From the human T2T-CHM13v2.0 reference genome, Homo sapiens, in assembly GCF_009914755.1 (NCBI RefSeq), contig NC_060941.1: a DNA stretch of 64,000 nucleotides. One strand, given 5' to 3'. Shown one piece after another: positions 1-14,955 of the stretch; position 1 is the first letter of the stretch, and the number at the start of each line of letters is the position of its first letter. The translations under genes and the position numbers were made by a program. Below the pieces are notes generated by a model, which was not told where the DNA came from, did no database searches, and worked only from the letters and a program-made list of their open reading frames with translations.

Positions 1-214
1 AAAATGATAAAGATGTAAAATTATAAGTATAAATACAAACACTAATGAAACTATCAAAACAATTTAATCAATCAAGTTCTGGTAATAAAGCAGAGGATGG
101 AAAAATAAAGTAGAAAGGTAATCACAATTTCTTAGTTGCTCAGTCAATAGATACTTTCTAGAAGATGAGCTTGAAAGTAATATTGCAAAGTAATATTGGT
201 TGTAAATAAACTAC

Positions 215-272
215 TATATGTTGGTACAAATGTAATTGTGTTTTTTACCATTACTTTTACACCAACCTAATA
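215..272. mobile_element. MADE1 (Hsmar1-derived MITE), internally deleted
   Basis: TATGTTGGTACAAATGTAATTGTGTTTTTTACCATTACTTTTACACCAACCTAATA resembles the MADE1 termini TTAGGTTGGTGCAAAAGTAATTGCGG...TTACTTTTGCACCAACCTAA. Confidence 0.75.
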
Positions 273-453
273 GAATGAAAAATAGCAAGTAAAACTTTTG
301 CACAATCAGGTTGTACAGGGCACACAACAGAGCTAGGAAAAAAGAAATTGTGGTTTTTACCATTACTTTTACATCAACCTAATAAAATGAAAAATAGCAA
401 GTAAAATTTTTGCACAGAGTGTACAAAGCACACAACAGAGCTAGGAAAAAAGA
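234..453. repeat. Imperfect tandem duplication, two copies of ~110 bp
   Basis: 234-345 and 346-453 share AATTGTG..TTTTTACCATTACTTTTACA..AACCTAATA..ATGAAAAATAGCAAGTAAAA..GCACACAACAGAGCTAGGAAAAAAGA. Confidence 0.9.
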
Positions 454-881
454 TATCATATTGTAAAAGGAAGAAACAAAAGAAGCAGCAGCATGAAAAA
501 TATAAAGCGTAACATAAATTATGGCTTATACTCTTAGAAATTATCAGTAATGGTAAATATATATTTATAGATAATGTATAAAATGTGTATATATAATGTA
601 TAAAAATGTAGCAAAGAAAGCAAAAAAAGCACCTCCTAGGCTAAACTCTGTGCTATAGAACTGTATACAGACTCTACTCCTATACCATGTAACAGTGACA
701 GCAAAACAGTGATTTGACAGAAGTGGAGGACAGGCAGGATGGGGAGAGTAGGCAGGTGGTAGCTGAAAATAAAAATGTAGACCAAGGAACAGTAAACAAA
801 TGAATAATTAAAGGAAACAAGAATTTTTACTTTAACATAAACAGCTGAACTCAGAAGGAGAGCATTTAAAAAGGCAATATA

Positions 882-3800
<2,919 letters not shown>

Positions 3801-6690
3801 CAATTTGCTCTTTTCCCTCCAGGAATCCTCTCTCAAATGTCTTTTGACTTAACTCCTCAGGAATCATCTTCTAAGACGTTCTCACTCATCTCCCAGATGA
3901 TATTTGCATTATAAAGTCCACCTGCAACTTTTGTGCATTTTAACCTCTACCTTCAGCCAGGATGGACATCAAAATGATTTTAAAATCACCACGAAATTTC
4001 ATAATCCATGAAAGGATACTCATTTCCTTACATTCTATTGCATTAACTGTTTTGCAATTTTGTGGAAATCTATTTCAGACTTAAGCATACATCCAAGGAT
4101 CAGTTATTGCACATAAAGCACAGACCACCTCAGTGGCAAACTCACTTTGGCTGGCAACGAAAGCAGATATGTAAAATGCTGCCTTCTCCATAGGAATAAG
4201 GGAATGAGCGGGAATCCCCCAAATCCTCTGCGCACATAAGGTTCACTTGGTGCGGCTCTTTAACTTCTATTTTATAACTAACCCACGTGGAAAGATTTTT
4301 TCCACATTGAAATCAAGATGGGCGGGATTGGTTTTGTTTTAACTAGTTTTCCTTCATATGTGAGATTTCTGGCATATAGCCTGAGAAGTCGGGGGCAATG
4401 AAATGCATATAGTGTAGAAAAGGGATATAAAAATTTCTTGTTTTAAATTTTTTTCCCATGTCTGTAAACACTCCATTTCACCTGGCAGAAAAGTTGTTCA
4501 TGACCGAAGGCTCCTAGGCAAAACAGGTTTGGACCCAAAGGAAATAAAGAGAACTCTTGTCTTTCCTGTCATGCAGAGTGATTTTATATGCACTAACCCA
4601 GTGACTGAGAAGAGGAAGATTCTGTCCCTAAGGTGGCCTGTCCCGGCTGGGGCAGGTGCAACTTGCAGGGTAAATCCCAGAGGACCCAGCTATGGCCTTC
4701 ATTCTCAGCAGACACTGCTTTTGCAATCACTTTTTATCTGTGAATCCTTGCTGGAGAAATAAGAACAGTCTACAGCTTCCTGTGTGATTTGCCACTTCTC
4801 CTTGTGGACGACAGTCATGTCTGCAATATGCGCTGATTTTATCAGGAGATGTATTTAAAGGCTAGTGGTTAATGCTGTATTAACATGTGATGGGGTAAAG
4901 GAAATAGGGTGCAATTTTTCTGCCTTAGTCACTCTCCCAGGCATAAGATAGAGTAACACAGGTGTGTCTGATCTCCCCAGGGGGTTGATTATCTCACAAT
5001 AACCACATCCTCTGTAATTCGCTTACTACTATTTTTTTTTCCCAGGATCAGATACAAAGAAGTGATTTAGGTGATTGGATTGACTGACAAAAAACTGTCA
5101 GCCAGTCTGCACCATGACATTTTAAAGGATAATATCTACTTTCTGCAGGTTCAGCCACCAATAGGCTAGTGTCAGTGTCAGCAAATTAAAGGCTTCCTGG
5201 ACCAACTGGGCTTCTGCAAAAACGTTTATGTTTACATTTCCAATGTCCTTTTCATGGGCAATTCAAAACCTAAAACCTAAAAGCTTTCACTACTCTTAAG
5301 AGAAATAAAGGGCAGGGAGTTGGCATCAATCCCCACCTGAGAAACACACTATTGTTTGCCAGTGCTTTATGATGGATTTGAGGGAGGTCAGCTGCTATTC
5401 CTAGATTAATCTAGCGAATCAAATGCAGTAACGATTTCTCTCTTACATTCTGACTGAGACAGAGAAAACCTAAGTCCAGAAGGTTGTAATCAAGAGATAA
5501 GTGACTTAGGGGATAATTTCATATCTGACTCTCAGATACAGTGATTGTCAATATTTCAATTTCATTGAATTCAATTTAAGAGATCACAATAATGTTTATC
5601 TCATTTGGACTGAGCACTTTTGGAAGTCTATTCATTAGTATAATGCTCAATAGTCTTTTGGAAAACAAAATTAAATAGAGAATTATGGAGAAATGAGTAC
5701 TAATTTAGCTAAAGATTGGTTTCCATCTGATGTAAGAGGGTGACATGAATGAACTTCTGGTTACAGTCATCCTTAAATGCAAAAGGGTGAAGTTGTATAA
5801 TGCTTCCTTGTTCTTTTAGGTGGATACAAAGTACCTTACATTTTAAATAAACTGTTGTCTTCTATATAAATGCTCTATTTTTCTTTTGATTTAATGGTCC
5901 CTAATCATTGAGTTCTTGTTTTCATCTTTAAAACTTAAGGGTCTATGAATGTTTTGGAGACATATTCTGTAATAAACTTTAAGAGTCAAGGATGCATTGG
6001 TGAAGCAAAATCTCTGCTCACATCAATTCAATATCTTATTCTAGTCAGTCAAGTGTTAGCCTTGGGTTCAAGGTAGGTTGCTGCCTTAGCAGTGGGTACC
6101 AGGGCTTTTACGATGGCAATTCTGTGCAACACCAAAATGTCATGACTGCAAACTCATTTCCTGGGCACTTTCATGGACAAATATATAATAACATGGTACA
6201 CTGGCACACTGAAGCAAAGCTTTGCAACAAGCCAACCAAGCACTGGTGAAATCAACTAAGTTGAAGCAATTGGAATGATGCAACAAGGGATGATCAGAAC
6301 CATTTTATATTACATTTATTCTAATCTCATTAGATTTTCTAATGGGTTCGTGTTCAGCTGTTCTCTAAGAAGATCCTTGCATTCTCCATTTTTCTCATAC
6401 CCATGTAGAAGTTTTCATTCAGATTTCTACATATAGTAAGAGGTCAATAAATACTTGTTAATGGACTTCAACATTCTCCCTTTTCCTCAAAACTCAAAGT
6501 TTTGTTTTTGCCCTGATGAGAAAGAATAACAATAGCAACAGCAATAAATGTTAAAGATGGATAAAAATAAGAATGAAGCCTCTCTTCTGGTTCAAAGTTC
6601 AGCCAAAAAACATGCTGGACAAAAAAGCAACCTGACTAGGAAATAACGTGAAAAGCTTTAAGAGAAAACGGGTCCTTGCAGGTAGCAATT

Positions 6691-6692
<2 letters not shown>

Positions 6693-6740
<48 letters not shown>
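6693..6740. repeat. (AC)24 microsatellite
   Basis: Pure dinucleotide run. Confidence 0.98.
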
Positions 6741-6744
<4 letters not shown>

Positions 6745-9700
6745 GACATATTTCTCTTTGTATTCACAGGTTAAAAAGATGCAACTGAAATAGGGGTAAT
6801 ATTTAAGTTGAACTAACTGTTTTGTATCTAAACTTGATGGGTAGGTGTCAGTACTGTTTATGGTGAAAGAAACAGAAAGGTATACATTCATTTTACTACA
6901 TGAACAGGGCTGCTAAATATGGAGAACATATTTTTGCAATGAATATAAACAATTTTACAGTTTATCTTTCTAATTTCCCAGCAAGTCCAGATTATTGATG
7001 GTAAAAGGACTCGATGCAAATACATATTAAGTTTTCATTTATTTTTCCTTCAATATACCTGAACACCTGAATGAAACATTTCATGAATGGAAAGTTAATC
7101 TACCCAAGCTTGGATACCTGAAACATTAAGAAACTGGACGCTTTTTTGGATTTAGTCAACCACACAGGAGTATTGTGCAAAAGGTTAGGATAGGGACTCA
7201 ATCTCAAAGCTCAGAGCTTGATCCCTCATTGAAAAAATCAAGGTGCTTTGCTTTTTTATTTTTTTTCTTTTTCATTTGAATGGGTTCAAATCATCGGCTT
7301 ACTCAATTTTCACCCAGGGCTTAATGCACTGGGTAACCCTCAGGACATAAAACTTTCAAAGTGAAATGATTCTTTCTGCTGACAGATGTTCTTAATGACA
7401 TGTGAAATGAGGCTTCATATAAGTTCTGGTCCTCAGAAATGCATTTGGATGTGGCTGGACTTGTACACAGCCCAACTGTCTACGCAGACAATCTTATTTT
7501 TTCATAGAATATTTGGTCTTAGCACACAAAGAGGCTTCTCTTATGACAGGGATTTTAAAATTTTGAATCCTCTTTGTTTTTGTGGGCAACTCCATTCAAA
7601 AATCCTTACAAAAATTTTTAAGACACCATAGACTAGTTTACAGATACTCCTTGAAGGTAAAATAAGTAGGTGAGTTTAAAGTTGAGGTTGATAGCATTCA
7701 TGTTGTCATATGCCAAAGTGGTCAGCAACAGGATGTGCAACTCTATGACACCTCACTGGACAGTTTAATTCATGCCTTCCATTGATATTGTTATCTTGAT
7801 TTTTTAATGTTTTGTATTAAATATTAGGCAGATGAGATATCAAATAATAGTTATAGAATATACTTAGGGTATAGAAATACCAATACAATAATGGCTCACT
7901 CTCCCACAGAATCATTTAAGAAGTAGTACTTACAATTTTTCTCCAACAGTGAATTTGATATGCATGTGAAATCTTAAAAACAAATAAAAATCATGCTTTA
8001 TTAAGAAATGTAACTAAGAAAGGATATTGAGTTATACTTTTGCTGAGACACTTGTAAGACTTTAAAAATAAACAATGATTTTGTTTTAGCAAAGCAGTGG
8101 TATCCTATCAATATGCATTTCTGTCAACATAAACAGTATCCAAGAATCAGGTACAGCGAAGATGTTCCTACACCAGTAATCACAATCAAGTCAGAAATTC
8201 CTTAATTTTTGTAATAAATCTGCAAACAGAATTTTAGCTCATGACTGTGCTAATTGTTCATTCTTGTCAATCTGAACTACAAATAATCAAACGGTATTCA
8301 GACTTAATCTGTGTTTTACATGTTCCTTATAGTTACTCTGGATTTTTCACATTGGAACTTTTCTATAACCTACATTCTTCTCTGCTTAAGTACTTTCCTG
8401 AAATCCATTCTTGGTGTCATCTATGTATTAGCCGGTAGGTAAATATCCAGTACATGAAAGTATGTCTCTTTATTTTAACTCTTTCCTCTTTTGGATTCTG
8501 AGTTAAACATAAGGAGGAGGAATAGTTTTTCTTGGTGTTACCACATCAATGTGGCTCCATCTAAATTAGCCTTGGGCTATGAGGGAGGAGACAGTATGGC
8601 ATGACTGTAAACGAAGGAAAATTAAGCACAGCATCCTGTTTACTTTCAGTTGGAAAGTTGAGTAAAACAACCTGCTAAGCCACAGCCTTGTTTTTGGATA
8701 GATTATGCATTTCATTAGCAAAAAGGTAGTTTTTAAAAGCAACTTTGTGAAAAAATAATCACTGGACGTGAAGAAAAAAAATGGCCATTTTAGGGACCAT
8801 TCCTGGAACAGGCAAATCTCTGAATTTATTTTAACTACCAGGACAGGGATATTTCAAAGACACAGTCTCTGGGTACCTTGGCACCAAGACTAAACTGGGC
8901 AAGAGTTGTATCTTAAGTTCTTTCCTTGGGGAACAACAGCCATGTGCTACTTCTACAGCCATTCTTTCAAGAGTTCTAAATATGAGTAACTCTGCATATT
9001 ATTGTGCCTCTATAAACAGCTTGGAGTTATTACAGATGGCGACAAAATATTTAGTGGGTTTATGTGGAAATTTACAGTGGAAATCTTATAAAACATATGC
9101 AATCTTTTTATGTAGTTGGGACTCTTGGCTTGAGAAACTAAATGGGACATTTACTTTGCACTTTGGCCACCTCTGTAGGGGATGTGGAATAGACTTAATC
9201 CAACGAGATACTGAAGAATCTTGTGAAAAAACATCCCAGGAAAAGAAAGCTGAGGGCCATTACATTTGTTTCAAGATCAATTTCAGAGTCAAAGGGAAAG
9301 ATCAATTTTATATATGGTCTTGACTCTATGGGTTTATATACGGTAAGAGTAATTTTTAATAAAGTGGTAGTAAAAAATGAAAATACTAGTTTGATAAAAT
9401 ACCTATAAGACATCGAAAAACCAAAGCCTCATTGTATTGTAGCTTTAATACAGAATAAAGGTTAACTGAAAGTTAAGTGAATGTGCCCTGTATTAGATCA
9501 CAAAATATTCATGGCAGCTAAAGCAGAGATAATGTTTGAAGTGGAAAATCATAAGAAGATATATCTCTTGGGTAGTGTTGGGTGGTAGAATTACTGGAAA
9601 TTAGGGTACAGAGTAACAAACACATCATTGATGGAGTCAGAGAGAGAAATAAGTGCAATAGAAGAAACATCATGACAAGTAGTGGGGAAAACCTGTGGTT

Positions 9701-11171
9701 AGTTCACCTGACATACTCCCTGGGTATTTCCTGAAAGCATTAGGAGGAAGAGTTAAGACAAACAGAGCTAGGTAAGTATTTCTTTGTTACTATTCAACTT
9801 GCCCTAATTTTACAACCTTTTCCATTGATGTGATCTTTGAAAATAGATTTAATATGTAATGGTAAGAGAATGTCTCTTGACGTGTCTGTGAAAGACTTGT
9901 TGAAACATGAAGAGTTGAGCCAATCAGCTGACTACAAATGTGTCAAGTATTTTAACTTCATTGATAAATCCTTGAGAGAGTTGACAAAATGTAGCTGTCA
10001 TATTGCCATGTGTGGCCAGGTTTTATTGAATTTTTATCCTTCTAAGTCAAGTATTGATGAATAAAATCTTATCATGGATTATTTTGCTATTCTTAAATTG
10101 TTGAGCCAGAAATATTCATGATTGTCTTGCAGTAAAGTGGCATGCATGTGGAAGAACTGTTAATAACAATTAATAACATGTTACTATTACTACATGTAAT
10201 AACATGTAGTGGGACTTCTTGCATGGGTTACAGAGCTAAACTAGATGACCTATAGCAACTTTTCCCATCTTGGAATTCTACAAGTGTTATAAAAATACTT
10301 CAACCCTTACACAATAACAGACTGACCTCATGCATATTCTTCAATTTCCAGGTAAGATAGTGGAATCAAAACTTGATCAGAAATCAGAACATTTGATCCC
10401 AATGCTGGGATTCATGCTACTCACTATATGGTCTTGAATAACCAAGACCATATATTCCCTTTTTTGTGTCTGACTCATCTATGAAGTTAAAAATTAAAAT
10501 AAGGAGATGAGTATAATTCATCTTTGAAGAAGTTAAATATCATCACAGTGGCCTACAGAAGTTATTTTGAATCATGTATTTAAATAAAAGCACTTATGCA
10601 TATAATGATTGTTAATTTCAACTGCCATCATAATTAGCACAGCCACAGAATCTTAGAGGTGGAAGAAACTCTAAAATTCATAAAGCACAGTGATTTCCAA
10701 ATTCTTTACTTTGTCAGACAAACCTTAAGTCAAAGGAATCCTATTTAGAAATCCAATATTTACACCCAGTATGAGTGGGGTTGCTCTCATCTCAGTAAAA
10801 GTCAGCCAGCGAAGCATCCCACTCATGAATGCATCAAAAAACAATCTGCTTGTTTTCATCCTAGGTACATCTAAGATACCTCCATTCCCTTTGCAGAATG
10901 GCTGAGTTTCACTTGCTTGTATCTTCTGTTCTTTTATAGATAAAGGAGCTGAAGTTCAAGGAAATTCTTATTCATTCAATCAACTCATGCTGAGAGATAC
11001 ATTGCTCAGAAAATTGTCCGGTTAATTGACAACAGAGTAAATATTGGAACCTAGACATGTTGACTCACTCAGAGCTCTGCACCCCTCTCCACTCCTTCAC
11101 TGCTACACTGTACAGTCGCGAGAAGACACAGACATAGGAAAAACAGAAAGTTTTCCGTCGTTTGATGGCAT

Positions 11172-11497
<326 letters not shown>

Positions 11498-12482
11498 TTA
11501 TTAAACACAGAGGCTGCATTCTTTTACCTTCATGTAATATTCTATATCTTTGATTTTAGAAAAAGAAGATCTGTGACTATGTTTGACAAGGAATCGTTGT
11601 CCATCTAAGCAGATTACGAGAGGACTCAAATAATCTAACACATTCTGATTCACCAAGGGAACCCAGCTCCTTAAAACCCGCCTGGATATGTTTGGGACTC
11701 ACATAAAATTTGAAAAAAAGAAAAGCCCTCTTTTCAAAAATAAAAATAAGAGCAAATAAACTTGCTATTCGTGTCTTTTAAAATCTCTAAAATGAGACGT
11801 GCTGAAAATAATTGTCAGACCTGTCTTCTGTGTGTAATCCATAACAAGGGACATGTCCAAGAAGGTTAGTGGTTGGACTCCCTCTGATTTAGAGCATGCT
11901 AACAAAAGAAGAACATTTCAACAAGTTTTTAATGCCTACCATATGCCCAGTTAAAATCAAACTAGAAATGAGTTGGACTGAATAAGCAATGGGACAAGAT
12001 TTCTCTATAGCTCTTATTTCTCCCTAGGAACATTACCCAGGAGAATGTGTGACTTATTTTCTATGGTATCAAGAGCCAGTAAGAAGAAACAGAAGGCACC
12101 AGTAGGGATAGCATAAAACAAAAACAAAACAAAACAGCCCTTAATCTTGGCTTAGGAGTCCAGAACAATTATACTTTCACATTTTCCTTCCTAATTTGTA
12201 TTTTCTGTTTTCAAGAAATTTCCAGACAGCTACAGAGTGGTGTAATGCCAACATATTTTCAAAGGTATTTTTGTAAGTGCTAATAAATGAGTGCATATTG
12301 TAAGAAAACTCATGAAACATACAATTTATAAAAATAAAACAAGATCACTGAGAGATTAAACGAAATTTTTTAAAGTTTCCGTGCAAATACATATATACTT
12401 TTAAAAATCCCTGGAATTAGCATGTTTCTCAAAGGTGATGAAAAGGTGACATGAGATGGAAGAAATACCTCTAAACTTAGAA

Positions 12483-12630
12483 TTAGGAGGCCTGTGATCT
12501 AGACACCACTTCTCGGTCATTAACCAGATGAGTGAATCCAGCAAGTTTCACAATCTCTTGGATGGCAATTTCCTTTTCTAAGAAAAAATAAATTTGGACT
12601 AAATGCACTAAAGGCTTTTTCCAGGATGAC
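12483..12630 (+). mobile_element. MIR3-like remnant
   Basis: Degenerate MIR core and 3' end (TTGGACTAAATGCACTAAAGGCTTTTTCCAG). Confidence 0.45.
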
Positions 12631-14229
12631 ATCCTTTGAGGTTGATTGTTTTTGTTACTGTTGTTGTTATTGTTGTTAAAATGATTAATATCATATGGCA
12701 TAATATATATTATGCATGGATAAAATGATTAGATATAAATTGCTTTCCTGTGTGTTGCCATGATATGAACATTGAAACCCCATGGACTTAGGTAAGAAAG
12801 GACTTTAAAGCTGAGTAAACAGAACTTTAATGAGACTCTATGTTAGATCTTCCAGAGGCCAGTCAGCACAAATCATTGCATTGGATTTTCAGTTGAGATG
12901 ACTGCTGTGCAAATTCATGACCTTTATCACATCAATTGAAATTCGGTTCCGGTGCCAGGTGAGAGTACCACACAGTCACCCATAACCCTACTTCTAGATT
13001 TCAGCTACTCCTCCAGGAACCCAGAATTATGAAGTTGGCAGCTGCTACAAGCTCTGCAGACAACGAGAAGGGCATGTAACAATGCCATTCAAAAGTGGTT
13101 CATGAACAGTATGGTTCTCAAAATGACACATATGAGCATTTGTGTATTTGCAACAGTATTTTTTGCTATATGTTTGCCTAATTTTGTACTGATGAATCAT
13201 CTCTTTAGGAATGAAATGACTAAAAATTCTATGAAGGGTTGGGTGTCTTTTATTTTGGGAAAAGAATCCAAACCCTACGGCAAGAGAGCCATGATTACTG
13301 GAGGTGCAGGTGGTATTTTGGGGGAAATTAGCATAGGTGGAAGCCTTAGGATACTTGCTTTCCCCTTCTACAAGATTCAGCATGGTGTTGTTCATGAAGG
13401 TCCAGTGGGTAACTGGAAATCCCCATATGCCTAACACTCAGAAATATTCTTTTGGCTTGTTAGGTAAGAGTGAAGTCATATTTAAGAAATATCTTAGTAT
13501 GAGAGTCTAGACTATCTCACTTGTATCAAAACTCCATGGAAGAATAACTGTAACCCCAGATATTAACCAGATTTTCATAGCACTGTTACCTACACACACA
13601 GACACACAAGTGTATGTATGCATGGACATGTACCCTTAAGATATGCCTCAAATAAAAGGAAACTAATGAAAGATGATCTGGGTGTGCCTTCCCAGGTGTT
13701 CTGGCTGTGTGTCAAAGCTGGTAACTGTTATCCACCCATCTCCAGAATTCCCCCAGAATCTGGAGTTTCAGACAGATTTGCATTAGAAAGATGCCTTAAT
13801 TGTTCTGAGGCTGCCATATTCTCCCTCAGACTATTGGATTTAAGATGAAGAGGTTTTGGGAAGGAAGCATCAAAGAATATACCCTGGTGAATAAAATAAG
13901 TCATCCCAGGACATTTAGAAAGCACTTAGCTTTTATACCAAGACTGATGGCAGGCTGTTACACTGCCTGGCTTGACGTCTTCTCCTAACTTATTGGGCTT
14001 ATTTTATGTCCTTCTTGAAGGATCTCTTAGCATTATTTTATTTTATTGTATGGATGCATTATCAAGAACAAATTACGCCTATACATTCTCATTACCTCAA
14101 GATTAGAAAGCATGTAATTTATAAGAACAAGCTAAAACATGAAAATGACTTTATTTTGCATTTTTATATATTTAAAAAATTATGATGTAGACACATTTTG
14201 TGACTTAAAAATAATAATATATACACAAA

Positions 14230-14660
14230 ATGTCTCACTCATGCCCTAGCCACCTTTCTAAAATCTTCAACATTCTCACCCTATAGGAAGCCACATTTAT
14301 TAGTTTCTAGTGTATCCTTATACTTCTTTTTAGACAAGGAGAAGGTAATACAAAGATACGCTTTTATTTCCTGGCTCCCTTATACAAATGGTAACATACA
14401 TTGCACACTGCATGCTTCTGTTTCCATCTAACAATATATCCTGGATATATACAGCAGAATGTACATCCTGTTTCTTTATTCCTTCTTATAGCCCCGGAGA
14501 ATGTGTGGTACAATCTTTTATTCAGCCTGTTCCCAATAGATGCATCTTTGGGTGGGTTCTGGTTATTTGTAATTAAAATACACATATATTTGGGTAAACA
14601 TATAAGATAAATTCTCATAAGTAGTATTGCTGGGTCAGAGAAGCACATGAATTTTTAACT
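14230..14660 (-). mobile_element. Old L1 (L1MC/L1ME) 3' region, antisense
   Basis: Typical antisense L1M phrases: TATTAGTTTCTAGTGTATCCTT, AACAATATATCCTGGA, GATAAATTCTCATAAGTAGTATTGCTGGGTCAGAG. Confidence 0.6.
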
Positions 14661-14804
14661 TAAATAAATAATACTGATCAGCCCCACTGGATAGACAGCT
14701 ATAAGTATTTGGGATACAAGTATAATTCATATCCCAAAATCTTCTGTGTTAGGGATTTTGGCAAAAAAAATTCATATGATCCATATGATATAACTTACAC
14801 AGGG

Positions 14805-14955
14805 CTTATCATCAGAATCGTTTTGGAGGGATTTTAAAACACAGATTTCTGGCTCATCCCTGGAGGAGCTAAATCTTTCAGTGTGGAGTGGGGCTCAGGA
14901 ATCTGTGTTTCTAACTCTTCCAGGTGATTTTGCTCAGGGTGGTTTGAAGATTTGC
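14805..14955. mobile_element. MER5A-like hAT-Charlie fossil
   Basis: CATCAGAATC..GGAGGGATTTTAAAACACAGATTTCTGG...GTGGGGCTCAGGAATCTGTGTTTCTAAC..CCAGGTGATT. Confidence 0.7.

Noticed and set aside
4125-4138. CTCF-like CCACCTCAGTGGCA
   Set aside because: Needs a 1-nt insertion in the core on either strand.
11849-11858. p53 half-site GGACATGTCC
   Set aside because: No convincing adjacent second half-site.
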